Below, piece after piece: positions 12,766 through 25,999 of a stretch of DNA of 64,000 nt. The DNA comes from Eledone cirrhosa (Eukaryota). Location of the stretch: contig OZ024742.1 in the NCBI GenBank assembly GCA_964016885.1, forward strand, positions 241,614,001-241,678,000, written 5' to 3'. The stretch's first letter is position 1. Each line of letters starts with the position of its first letter. Under the pieces are notes generated by a model. The model did not search any database, was not told the origin of the DNA, and worked only from the letters and a program-made list of their open reading frames with translations. The position numbers and the translations under genes were made by a program.

Positions 12766-13653
12766 CATATGCACGTAAGTACACACACGCACTTAAACTC
12801 TATATATATTCGAGACTATGATATGGTCACTCGATCTTCAGAAATAGTAACCAATGTCGCTCAGATTGAACACCGCTGCCTCGAAGAAAAGAGAAGACAC
12901 ATCAGATAGTGTTGTCTTAGGTGATCTTATACTGAACCAATTGTAAGGAATTGGTCAGAGCTGGAATGCTTTTCATCATAGATCCGCTCGCTCAGAGCCG
13001 ACTTTGGAAAAAACAAAAATGACATAAAGACACACACATACATATACTCCATGTATTTATAATTGGTTGATGATTTTTTTTTTGTTTTGTCCCAGATCGG
13101 ACATGTTCGGTGGGATTTACGATTAAAGACATACCTGCCGTGACTCTTGCGTCTGTCCTTTTTTTTTTCAGGTATAGTCTATGTAGGACGACATTCTCCA
13201 GTATGTGTAGTTTGAGGGAGATTTGGCTGCTATTTGTAGAAGGTCGAGCTACCACATAGAAAGAAGCCCGTTGCTGGCTCATTGGCGGCAGTGTCACAGT
13301 AAGTTTCTTAGACCTAGAAGTAAATTTCAGTTGTCAACTACAATCGTTTGTCTTCTCTTTTCACATATTGTAATTTAAAATATTTGAACCTCACAAAATG
13401 TTGAGTCCTCTTATATATTTACTGTTTTACTGCCTCAAACCCGAGACAGGATGGTCATAGTGGAGCCGTAACCGACTATCATTTTTTGCCTACATCATTT
13501 ACAAACACACGCAAGGATAATTTGCGTGCCCACACTCACAAACATTAAAATACAATACTTACAATATTAATTTCCCATATATGGCACAAGGTTATACATT
13601 TTTGGATTTTTAGGTTATAGAAAATAGTCGATACAATCTATCACTCTTATTTG

Positions 13654-13831
13654 AGTATCGGTAGAGAGTCGGACACCATGCTTTGCAGCATAGAGTTACG
13701 CCCCTTTCCGGTCTGAGTTCAAATCCCGCCGAGGTTAACTTTGCCTTTCATCCTTACGGGGTCGATAAAATAAAGTACCAGTAATGCACTGGGTAATTGC
13801 TCGCCTTGTGCCAAATGTAGAAACAATTATT
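13654..13831 (+). mobile_element. tRNA-derived SINE
   Basis: Same family consensus as 50118-50307. Confidence 0.9.
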
Positions 13832-14040
13832 TGATTGCCACTTATGCTTTTCGTCACCAAAAGGATGGAAGTTACAGGCTATATTTGCTGAGAATGCGAA
13901 CCAGTAACTTACAAGGAATTCCGATGCTCAGCCATGGTTTTCATTGTCTATTAATAATAATTGTTGCAAGCATAGGTATAAGGTAAAACAATTAAGGGAT
14001 GGGTTAGCCGATTGAAACGCCCCTAGTAGTTCATTGCTTC

Positions 14041-14252
14041 ATTGGCATTATCGGTAGAGTCGGACACCATGCTTTGCAGCATAAAGTTACGGTCCTTTAC
14101 GGTCTGAGTTCAAATCCCGCCGAGGTTAACTTTGCCTTTCATCTTTACGGGGTCGATAAAATAAAGCACCAGTACCATACTGGGGTCTATTTAATCGACT
14201 TTCCTCCTCCCCCCAAATTACTGGCCTTGTGCCTATACTAGAAATCATTATT
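14041..14252 (+). mobile_element. tRNA-derived SINE (long-body variant), followed by an inverted partial copy to ~14350
   Basis: Family consensus plus the ggtctatttaatcgact segment. Confidence 0.85.
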
Positions 14253-17200
14253 TTATCGACGCCGGAAAGATAAAGTTGACCTTGGGGAAATTGGAAATCA
14301 GAACGTAAGTGGTCCTAACTAAACACCACATGGCGTTCTAACTAACATTGACAGCAGAAGATCTCTAGCCTAAATTTACGACTATTCATTTATTTATATG
14401 AAATACTAAACAATTGTTTAATCCACAAAAAGGACGTTGATTAGGAAACTGTCTATTAGCCCAAGAAACGTATGCATTGTTCAGAAACAACACTAGGTGT
14501 TTTACATTTTCGAATAGTGTACCACAAGTTTCTGTTATATCACTCATTATCAACAACCTATATTTTTACCCGCTTTCCATTAAAATATAACGCCACACAG
14601 ATGACACTGGTCTCACATCGCCCCACCATTTAAAAAAACACATCTGTCTTAAAATCCCCGAGAAATCTTGTTCCAAAGCAATATACTTGAAGTAGCACAT
14701 TTCAAGTCCATTGTCTCCTTCTTACAAGTAAAACCATAGAACATCACATGCAACCAACTATCGATATAACAAATAAATATGCTGTGAGCTGAACATGGAG
14801 CAACAAAGTATTTTTATTGACAAATAACATTCTCTTCAAATAACATTCAAACATGTTATTTATCACATCAGCAGACTATTACAACAGAATCTTAAAAACA
14901 GTATATCTTCCACGCTACCAAAACAAGTATTTTGAAAAATCAACATATACATACAGAAATTGTTGCAAATTCGATAGGTATTGGCCCAAAATTCTGACCT
15001 CTCCTAAATACTACCAACTGTAAATGTCCAGCAGCAGAGAATGTTGTGTTCTGAGAGAGTCCCCAAAGTCCGCCTCCCTGTATTCACCCTCATAATCTTC
15101 AGACTTGTGGCAACACTAACATCAGCACCATGTCAATAAAAAGGGAGTGGACAGTTAAGAACGTATATAATGTCAAGACACTACTTCTCATAACCTTTAC
15201 TGCTCCAGTTCGGAGTTTGTGATATAGCTCTCAAATAGAAGGAACGTCTTATATTCCGAACAACGAACAGATCTTAAGTTTTTTATAGCGTATAGTCAAG
15301 GACTTGCGAACCATAGGTCTGTTCAACCAGTGCTGATATGGGATCTACAAAAGAACAACAACATTAACAATCATTTAATTTTTTTTATCAGTCCCCAAAG
15401 ATAAAACGCAATGTTGACCATGTCAGGGTTTTAATTCAGAACATAACTAGTCTTGCACTATCGCATTCTTGTCATCCACCGTCCATGAGTTATTTATTTT
15501 CTTAATACTTTGACGTCAACTAAACGCCGCTGACAATGTAGTGAATGATGCAAACATTTGATGAACATGACTAGCATATGTTTAATTCTATTGACACGCC
15601 TTGAACACTGGTGGCATACATTGAAAGCTGTTGTTCAAGAGGGGCATTACCGGTTGAGGCTATTTAACTTTTGACATATTATTTTATTTACCTCTTAACA
15701 TCCTGTAATAATTTAGCAGGAAATATCTAAAAGTGGGATTATTAATTCAAATGCATTTCATTAGTCAACAAGTCGTTTGCAGTATCAGAGAAACAATTTT
15801 AATAATTAATGTAATGTAGATATAATTATATTTTGTATTACACTTTTCAAGAATGTCTTGCTAATACAGTTTCATGCAGGACAGTACATTAAGAGGTAAT
15901 AATGATTTCATGCGACTATATCTTTCAATGGGTCTTTTAATGTAAATAGAATGACATAGCGCAACTCCTCCGTGGAAAATTAATTACTTTCCAGTGTTTT
16001 AAGGATTATTGATAATTTCAATTTATGCCCTCTCGTCATATCCAACCGGAGGCATATCTGGACTCTCTACTGACATGACCAATCCCCTGATTGCTACGTA
16101 TCTTCGTTATCCATGAGAAAACGAATATGGGTATATTGGAAATTGGATTCAAATGATAGAACTTATTGATAGAATTTATCTAAAGTGGGGCCCTTATTAA
16201 TGCACTCAGCAGAACCTTTCAGGCAAGAAAAACGAATTTTATCGGTACATTCCTGTAATCCTTTTTTCAAGAAACAGCGAAAACATGTTCATGAGGTTTT
16301 GAGATTGAACCGAATATAGGGCACCAGGAAGAACAGGTTTTCGTGCGAGGACAAGTAGATTTAGAGGTTCTAGTACTAATGTCAATGTTTTTTAGACGAT
16401 ACCAACGCTTCCAATGTGTATTTCTGATAGGATAATATGTGACCTCATGATTTGTTGGGATACCCATATAACGCAAGAGGACATCAAAGAGGACATATTA
16501 TCTAGGTAAACCGAAAATAGAAAATAACGTAGGGAAGCAGGAAACGCCAATCACTGAGGAAATGTGACAAGAAAAGGCAAACAAAATGTTCAACTTTGTA
16601 ACACTAGGCATATGTTCGTTTGCCCTACCCATGACAAATTCCATAATAGCTGTTTCTGGGTTATTTTAGTGCCGTAAGAACTTCATTTGATTCAGGGAAC
16701 TAAGCATTGATTAGAAATCTTACTCTATCAGAGAATCAAGGAACTTGCCAAAAGCTGTTTGTGAATAGGTCCATGATATTATATAAGGATTGTCTCATAG
16801 CATGTGCATTTCTTTACGTGACAAAAGTGCAATTTGTCATGACTAATTTGATAACCGAAGCTAAAGTTAAACTGAAATAATTGACCGTGTGCCTGAGCGT
16901 TAAATTGAGAGTTAAATGCCTTACCGACGACAATGAAATACAGTAGGAAACACTAAATATCTTCTTTGTACTAAATATCTTCTTTGAAAATATATTTTGA
17001 ACTACGCTGTATAAGTTACACATCGGTTAAACCTCTAATTAGGTTAAACAATTTGTAGTGCATGAGTAGTCAGTTACTAACATGATTTTTCTGTTGATGT
17101 TAACGGCATGTACATTTACTCACCAGGATAATTCACTTGACTCGATAACGTTTGATTTGAGCATTTTATTCGCTTCCAATTAAATAAACTCTCCGTCAGA

Positions 17201-18395
17201 TGATTTAAACTTATGGGATTCCGTAATTCCGATTTTAAAATCCGTTGATAGATTACGGAAGATTCTGGACGGATAGATGTTTTGTAACAACTCTAAGTTC
17301 GATTGGAATGCTATAACAGATGAATATTTCAGAAAAGGGAATACCAATAATAACTTCTGGGTAACAGGAACGTTGTACGAGGAAACATATTTGCTTATAT
17401 GGTGGTCTTTTAAATGTAATTCTAGTTCATAATATGTCTTCATTGGTGTAACTGAAGTTGTCGTTATCATACCCTAGTATTCATTAGCCAGCAAAATATA
17501 GATTACGCAGTACTGTTTTAGAGGTGAGATTTTCAGAACTACCCATGCCAGTGTGCTTTTTGTGACATATTCCGTGAACGTCAAAGCCAATGACATCGTC
17601 ATTTAGCGCAAGTGATCTACAGGCAATTCTCGCAGAGAGAATAGGATCGCCCATTGTTTCTTTCGCCGGTATACAGATCTTTCATAAATAAATGTCCCTT
17701 TTTATTACACTAGAAACAAACAATATTGTGAGCTGTACATTTTGAGCAATAACGTTACGGCAAATATTTGCATATATAACACCTCTGAAATCTACATGAT
17801 GCAAATACACAAGATGGAGCTTTTTTAGTAGTCTAATTAGGTTCAGAATTCAACTGTTCTCCTCTAGTATTATCGACAGCACTACTATCTGATTTTCTAA
17901 TTGACGTGTTGAGTCAGGTATTTGATAATCCTTCATGATTGGTTCAAAAGTACAAGCTATATTTTTGTTTTCCAGTAGTCTGTTCATATAAGGGCAGAAG
18001 ACGTTTCGGTTATGAATGAATCACAAACATATTCCTCTCTGTATGTGTCACATTCATGGAATTACAGTTAAACCGGGTTTTGGAAGAGATCATACCATCA
18101 ATAAATTCCCTGTGGTCAATTGATTGCAGGTGGCAAACTACTGTAGCGCTACGACTTCATTGCTCGGCTGAAAGAAAGCATTTAAAAAAGATATGACGTC
18201 ATCGTAGAGAATACACTCAGAAATAATTCCTATATAAGAGTTCTTCCCTTCAAGTTCACCGTTGTACAAGATAAACAAAATAATAGAAATGATGTAACTG
18301 AATCTTCATAGTAAATATGTCATTTTTACACAACTTTTACTTTGTGTTAACGCGTCCAAATACACAGGCATATGGGAACATGTCAAACAAATAAC

Positions 18396-18583
18396 AATTG
18401 TTTCTACTTTTGGCACAAGGCCAGCAATTAGTCCCAGTGCATTACTGGTACTTTATTTTATCGAACCCGAAAGGATGAAAGGCAATGGTAGCCTCAGCGG
18501 GATTTGAACTCAGAACGCAAAGGGCCATAACTCTACACTGGAACACATGGTATCTGATGCTCTACCGATACTGCCAATCCACC
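18396..18583 (-). mobile_element. tRNA-derived SINE
   Basis: Reverse complement of the family consensus. Confidence 0.88.
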
Positions 18584-18768
18584 CTTTGGCACAGTATCAC
18601 ATATCATATATATGCATGAGAAACAGATTTAAACAATCAAATCTTTTTAGTATTCATTTTATCGACGCCTGGAAGGATAGAAGAAAGTCGACTTCAATGG
18701 CATTTGAACTCAGAATGTAAATTGGCGAAAATAAATGTCACAAAATATTTACTCCTGTTATGGGTTAT

Positions 18769-18963
18769 GAAACCTGCTAACCTCTAAAAACACAAACGGG
18801 GAGTACCATGAAAAAAGGTGCCCCAAAACGGGGAGAAATTAGGCAAAATGGGGAGATTTCAAATAATGAAAGCAAAACCCATTTTCACAAGAGGAGACAT
18901 CTTTCACCCACCCCAAAGTGGGTGGGTAATCTCCCCTTCGGCCGGGGGGAATTGACAAGTCTG
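18769..18963. mobile_element. ~195-bp MITE with CAGACCTG(C/T)CAAC-like TIRs (hAT-like)
   Basis: Homologous to 37902-38096; ggttat duplicated on both flanks. Confidence 0.7.
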
Positions 18964-20139
18964 GGTTATTTCTGATACTCAATTGTATTTGGCGTAAAGT
19001 TAATATTAATCTGGTTTCAAGGGAGGCGTAAGAGAAAATCGGTATCACGCTATATATTGCAATGTCTTATAATATTTAGCTTCGAAATCTACATCTCTAG
19101 TTGAAATCTCGCCTGAGTAGACATTGGCAGTCACCTAAGTGAGGTCATGACCACAAGTTGATTCACTCAAATATAATCATATTCAATGAATGTATACTCT
19201 TATGTAATGAATGAATATAAATATTCGATTGACATATGTAGATGGATGACAAAACTCTGCTGAACGTCGATGACAGATTACATATTTTACATTGTTTGCT
19301 GAAACATCCATCCAGGGTCAATGATTCAATCTACTGTACTCTTAATTTCTCACATATTTAATCTTGTGCCAATCACAGAATTCACTACTTATTTGATATT
19401 CTATTCAATCTCAAGTTGTGTACTACATAAAACCAATCCACAAAGGAGACATTTTATACTGCTAAAATTTATAAATTTCTACTGCTGAGAAAGAGGTAAG
19501 ACCCGACTCATCGAGATGCAGAAAATGGTTAAAATTCAATTGCTTATGGACATATTATTTTAGAAATAACAGAAAGACCTTTGAGCAAGTCATGAAATTT
19601 TAACTATCCATTTCCATATAAGATAAAATAAAGCACCAGTAACGAACGAGGCTCGATTTAATCGACTTTCCCCGCCCCCAAAATTGTTGATCTTCTGCCT
19701 AAATCAGAAACCATTATCATTTCGCGAGCTTTTTCGTTTGTTTCTGTTTAGCAAATCTGTCAATGCAAGATCTTTTTTAGAACTTTCTAATAGATAGCGT
19801 TTACAGTTTAAACTGTTGCCTGAAATAGATGCGAGTAGTGCCAAAGTCACCCTGTTAGACGATTGTATAATTTCAGAGATAAATAAACCCCCTTCATAGA
19901 TCGCCGAATTCTCAATGTTATTAATACATGATTTGCCGACCTTTAGAGGATTAAAGCCAACTAAAGTAGGATTTGATTCATTGAATAGGATTATTAGTAA
20001 AAACAAAAACGTTTCCCGATGTTAGTCTATTTTGTAGTTAAATATATACGCACACACGTATATGCATACATACATACATAGATTTTACTGGGATGATGGC
20101 CGATCAAAAATAAACTTAAAATTGAGAGAAAGATAGAAC

Positions 20140-20413
20140 ATACATACATGATGATGATGACTGTCCCCTAGTTATCGAATTATGGCCATTGCACGATATA
20201 CCATTATTAATAATTATTAATTAATTCCATCGGGCAATGCCTGTGCGTGAAGATATTTTTTAAAGTGAGGAAAGACTGTGCACTGAGCCAATCCGACTGC
20301 CTGAGCGACAGTAGCTATAACCCGAAAAGAAGAAAAGATCAACATCATCGGTAACTACTGAGCCGCAGGTTTTATATCGGAGTTATCCCAGTTTCCTGAG
20401 TTGCCTTCTCCTA
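20140..20413 (-). mobile_element. Short non-autonomous retroposon (RTE-derived-like) with (CAT)n/(GTAT)n tail
   Basis: Reverse complement of 56828-57098. Confidence 0.7.
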
Positions 20414-20790
20414 TATACATACACACGCAAAATGTGTTTGTGTAGGTATATAAATACTCATACATAATACAAATGTGTTAAATGCATACATATGAATAGA
20501 AAGATGATATTTCATATGATGTTTCATATCTGCAATCATCAGTACTTTTATTGTAGTAAAAAAAATTTATATGCATAAAACCTTTTTATTCACATATATT
20601 CGATGACTGAAGTATTTACTACTTATATAAAATCATAAATGTTTTGAAAATGTTCGTAAAACATTGGACTTTTCCGAAGGGCTATCAAAGTGAATAACCC
20701 ATACTTCTATTTTTAAACATTTTTGAACATTTTTTATATCTTACTGATATAATATGAAACCATTAAGGTAAAAATACGGCTTTATATAGC

Positions 20791-20852
<62 letters not shown>

Positions 20853-20856
<4 letters not shown>

Positions 20857-20931
20857 GTACCCCCAAAACATGTATACATACTGCAACAGCATTCTATTAA
20901 AAGTATGTATACATTTTGGGGGGACACCCTG
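20853..20931. mobile_element. ~80-bp Tc1/mariner-type MITE
   Basis: TIR cagggtgtccccccaaaatgtatacatac, within (TA)n; second copy at 22762-22847. Confidence 0.75.
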
Positions 20932-21168
20932 TATATATATATGCTAGCGCTTACATACTCTTTTAATGATAACATTTTAGTAGTGATATCTGATTTTATA
21001 TTCAGTGATCGTACATACACAGTTACATACACACTCGCACACATATATATACATATGAGACTACATAAATAGAGAGAAAAATATGCAATTTTATATACAC
21101 ACACACGCACACATATATATATATATACATATATGAGAAAAAACCACAGAAGCTTCAATCTCAACTCT

Positions 21169-21206
21169 ACTTTTGAAAAGCAGAAGAACTGCGAAACCGG
21201 TAAAGG
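21169..21206 (+). ncRNA. Minimal hammerhead with U3-A8 core variant, family H (element ~21133-21285)
   Basis: actt-TTGAAAA-gcag aagaa ctgc-GAAA-ccgg-TA-aagg. Confidence 0.7.
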
Positions 21207-21280
21207 AACCAAATAAATATATATTTAAAAAAAAAAATGATGCCAGTTGCATTTTCGATTTCATCTTTTTTCCTTATATT

Positions 21281-21328
<48 letters not shown>

Positions 21329-21494
21329 TGGCATGTCTGATGCAAAAATTCCAACATACCAGTATGTATAAATGCATGTGTACGTGGGTGTGTTTGTTGT
21401 GAGTGTATATTATCGATTGTATATGTTAGTGTATGTATGAGTGGGCGTGATTAAGCTGTGATGTAAGCACGGACGTTTGTTTATTCATTACATG

Positions 21495-21601
<107 letters not shown>

Positions 21602-21659
21602 TTTTCGAATATTAATAATAATATTTGACTCGTTTGCAATTATGCAAACAGCCTCTTAA

Positions 21660-21866
21660 CCCTTTAGCATTCACATTACTCTATATTTACTATTGTATTT
21701 TCACCGTAAACACTTTATTTCACAGAATATTAAATGTGCGAGATTTTGATATTATTTATTTTGAGAACAATACGTTAAAGTAAGTATGGGGGCCAGTTAT
21801 GACCAATTTGAATAGAAAGAGGTGAGAGAATTCTGGCCGCATACGGCCGGTTTAAATGTTAAAGGG
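21660..21866. mobile_element. piggyBac-type MITE
   Basis: TTAA TSD (21656-21659, 21867-21870), TIRs ccctttagcatt / aatgttaaaggg; the paralogous arm near 22532 has a single TTAA. Confidence 0.88.
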
Positions 21867-22023
21867 TTAAGCTATGTGAGTAGAACAACCTCGCCATTCT
21901 TGCTCTTGTGTTGGCATTCTGCCGTTCTGTTTATATGCCAACACAATAGCAAGAATGACGAGGTTGTTCTACTCACATGGCTTCAGAGGATCTGTGCATA
22001 ATTGCAAACGAATCGAATATTAT

Positions 22024-22193
22024 GGGTGGAGAGTCGGACGCCATGCTTTCCAGTATAGTTACGTCCCTTTACGGTCTGAGTTCAAGTCCCGCCGAGGTTA
22101 ACGTTGCCTTTCATCCTTGCGGAGTCGATAAAATAAAGTACCAGTAATATACTGTGTAATTGCTGGTCTTGTGCCAAAAGTAGAAACAATTAT
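22024..22193 (+). mobile_element. tRNA-derived SINE nested in the family E element
   Basis: Family consensus; inserted in a tattatt tract that is uninterrupted at 22568-22580. Confidence 0.9.
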
Positions 22194-22428
22194 TAATATT
22201 CCTATAATAACCTATTTGTTAGTTATTTAACTATGGCAAAGCCGGCCATTAATCGTTCGTATACATAAAACTGACTGGCCTACTTGCTGTTATGCAAATC
22301 TGGCTGATCAGTCAGGTCTGACTGGTCAGGCAGTGTGATAATATGCAAATCAGGCCGATCAGTCACTGTATATTGTAGACAATATCATATATTTTCACTA
22401 GCTCTCACAGTTGGCAGATAAATATCAT

Positions 22429-22475
22429 ACGGTACTGATGAAGGGTAATCACCTAGAAACATTAGTGTCTGCCGT
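22429..22475 (+). ncRNA. Type I hammerhead ribozyme, family E, intact core
   Basis: acggta-CTGATGA-agg gtaatca cct a-GAAA-ca ttag tg-TC-tgccgt. Confidence 0.9.
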
Positions 22476-22761
22476 TCTGTTTATATTCCAACATAAGAGC
22501 AAGAATTGCGAGGTTGTTCTACTCACATGGCTTAAAAGGCTGTGTGTATAATTGCAAGCGGATCGAATATTATTATTAATATTCGAAAAACTCAGATTTA
22601 CATTTCTTGTATTCAGCCAGGTAGAGCGATAAAACTATTTGTTATATATACATACATACATATAAATACATGCAAACACACACACAAACACACACACAAA
22701 CACACACACACAAACACACCACACACATTCACACACACACACACGCACACATATATATATG

Positions 22762-22847
22762 CAGGATGTTCCAAAAATGTATACATATGTTTATTAGAAT
22801 GCTGTTGGAGCTGTTGAAGTGTGTATATATTTTGGGGAGGCACTCTT
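22762..22847. mobile_element. ~80-bp Tc1/mariner-type MITE, diverged copy
   Basis: Reverse-complement similarity to 20853-20931. Confidence 0.65.
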
Positions 22848-22877
22848 TCACATTTATTATCATTATTATATATATAT

Positions 22878-22937
<60 letters not shown>

Positions 22938-23333
22938 TATAAAGTATGTCCATAGAATCATTTGATAATATATATACACCATTTCCTCTCCCAATTAGCA
23001 TAATTGACCACACAAAAAATCAATTAGACCAGGCTTTAAGATTAAAAGGTATCTATGAAGAAATAGTAGTTAAATAAACTACAGCAATCTCATCGCGATC
23101 AACCGCCTTAGAATATTTACCCAACATTTCAACAGCACGTGGAAATCGATTAAATATACCGTCAACCATACACAATTAGGTATAAAATTAAAGTTAGAAG
23201 AACAAAATGCATATACACATACCAGGATCACGTTTCTACCCTAGGGTTTCGTTCGCTTTCGGAAATATCCTATTAAGGATAAAATCTCGAGCTTCGAACT
23301 CGTCAGGAAACAAACTCATTTGGACAAAGTATG

Positions 23334-23393
<60 letters not shown>

Positions 23394-23394
<1 letters not shown>

Positions 23395-23560
23395 CCGGGT
23401 TCGATCGGGGGGTAACCACAGTAAGTAAGGTACTCAATACATAGCAGAGTATACATATTTAATATAGAAATGGCTTCTACAGGACTAGAACTGTTTCATT
23501 CCTGATGATTTCTCCCGAATGAAACAGTTCTAGTCCTGTAGAAGCCATTTCTATATTAGA
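23394..23560. mobile_element. Family D fold-back element with hammerhead 23499-23543 (+)
   Basis: ttc-CTGATGA-tttctcccgaat-GAAA-cag ttctagtc ctg-TA-gaa; perfect arms 23460-23501 / 23517-23558; (TA)n on both sides. Confidence 0.85.
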
Positions 23561-24250
23561 TATATATATATACATTAGGTCATGCATTGGGTTACTAGTT
23601 TATTTATTTCCTTCTTTTTATCAACCACTGCTGCAAAGTGGCGCTTCGTTAATTTAGGGATGCATATGAACTTAAAACGGAGCAATCGAAGTTATCTAAA
23701 GCGACAATAACAACAACAAATTTAATTGCCCGTTTCGCAACCATCCGCTGAACCATATCGTAGCGATGTCTCTTTTCTTTCAAATACAATCCGGTAGCTG
23801 GTTTCCATATCATATTATTATTCTATGGATAGATGTAGACAACAAAATCGTATTTCAGTATGTTCAAGAGAGCAGTCGTTATATTTTGTATAGCCGTTGT
23901 TTTTGTTGTTGTTGACGTCAGTGGTCATGTCATGGTTGAAGATAAAATAAGTAGATATTTTATTCAAGCCGATATATAAGTATATTTAAGCTTATGATAA
24001 CATATGAAAAACACAGAGACACACACAAGCACAAGCGCAAGCACAATCACCCCCCCCCCCCACTTCTCCACCACACATGTGAACACATTCACACAAATAC
24101 TCGCACCTACTGACATATGCATAGGCACACATATCTACACATAAATATATTATACAGATTTACATATATGTGTGATATATATTTTATTACACGCACACAC
24201 ATATGCGCCGAGACACACGCATATCTATTTAGAGAGTGAGAGATAAAGGA

Positions 24251-24323
<73 letters not shown>

Positions 24324-24760
24324 GAGAGAGAGAGAACGTAAGAGGGGGAGAAAGAGATAGATAGATAGATAGAGAGAGGGAGAGAGTAGTGGGAGAGCAG
24401 AAGATAAAGGGATGATATACACGTGAATACCAAAATCATGTATCTGGAAATCCTATAAAATCCAATTTCGATGTGTGTGAGTGTTTGTCTATGTATACAT
24501 GCATGTATATGTGTGTATATGCATAGGTATGTATGTACATACATGTGTATGTATATATGTATTTATTTATGTATGTAATGTCTATGTGTGTGTGTATATG
24601 TATGTGTGTATGTAAGTATGTATGTATATATGTGTGTAAATATGTATGTAAGTATGTATGTATATATGTGTGTATAGATGTGTGTATGTAAGTATGTATG
24701 TATATATGTGTGTATGTATTTATGTATGTATGTAAGTATGTATGTATATATGTGTATGTA

Positions 24761-25170
24761 TGTTCTTCTGATTTTATAATTTTACAAAGTTTTACCAATA
24801 GAGAGAGAGTCGGTTTCTAACTTAGACACAAGACTCTCTCATTGGAATTTACACAACATCAACTAGGTAGATATGTATGTATGCATGCATGTGTAGATAT
24901 GGATGTTATTGTATGTGTGGATGTTTTGAGTTGTATGTGTGCATGTGTATATGCTTTGCATCTGTACCTGTGTATATGCAGTTATTAGATGCAGCATTTT
25001 TGGAATGTTTTACATATTTTTACTGTTCCATTAATGGATTGTACTTGTAATTTCGTAACTAGTTGTGTTCTTTCTGTTCCTGTGAAGCCTAGCTTCTCAA
25101 GATTTGTATTGAGACAGTTACTAACATATCCCAGTGACCCAATAATCACAGGCATAAATCTGAAGGTCTA
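24761..25170 (-). mobile_element. 3' end of an RLE-type (R4/Dong-like) LINE abutting a (TATG)n tract
   Basis: 24985-25167 minus: TFRFMPVIIGSLGYVSNCLNTNLEKLGFTGTERTQLVTKLQVQSINGTVKICKTFQKCCI*. Confidence 0.75.
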
Positions 25171-25999
25171 ATCAGGCTGATAGGATGATCATATATGTAA
25201 TGCCTTCTATGATTATGTTTCATATAAGAAATGAAATCATTTTCTAATAGGTTTACAGCAGTTCGTTGTCCATTGCAGTGAGCTTCAGATTTAAATGAAT
25301 ATAGAACACCTTACTAAGTGAAAATTAAAATAATTTTAATTTATTTGAAAAGTGTTATTCAACAAAATGTTTTCGTTTTACTACTTTACTATTTTGGAAA
25401 GGAAAAACCTCTTTCATGTTTCATTTTAGGGCCTCTGCAACTGGCGTATATGAGGGCGGAATATATCCTTAAACAAGAATCCTATCTGAAATGCTTCCAA
25501 AAGAGTGCACAACACTAAAGCCAATCAAAGATCAGGCGGTCTTGTTAAATCTAGTGATGGTCCATCACCAAGTAGGGCATAGTAAAAATTGCAAAAAATA
25601 TAATTTTGAATAGATATGCGATTGCAAGGAAGAGGATAGACGCGAATGTAAACAAAGTATTACTTATTCACAGTTAAGAAACCGAAAATATAAAAGATAG
25701 TGTGTGAGAGATATAAATCTAGTTATAAATGAAAGACAAACAATGAAAAGGATGAGAAGGTGAGTAGAAGAAAGAGGTGGTAATAATATGAGAGAGTGTG
25801 TGGAGGTAAGCTGCAGCGAAGTACTGCGGTGTTCTACGCGCCTTGGCACAGCAACGGCTTGGCAAACAATCTTATAGCTTTCCTTGGACCACCTACCAAT
25901 TATCATCACAACATCCGCACATCAATGTAGTAAAATTACTTCTATAACCCTTAAAGAAGCACAATGAAACGGGTTCCATCATGAAACAGAATAAAGATT

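Noticed and set aside
12795-12848. Minus-strand CTGAAGA plus hairpin, hammerhead-like
   Set aside because: GAAA box incomplete and stem I weak; single copy
14560-15140. A/C-rich stretch that may be another decayed LINE 3' end
   Set aside because: Only faint motif remnants; cannot be supported without a profile search
20740-20775. CTGATAT...GAAAcc..ggTA hammerhead-like string
   Set aside because: Core mismatched, with no credible stem I or II
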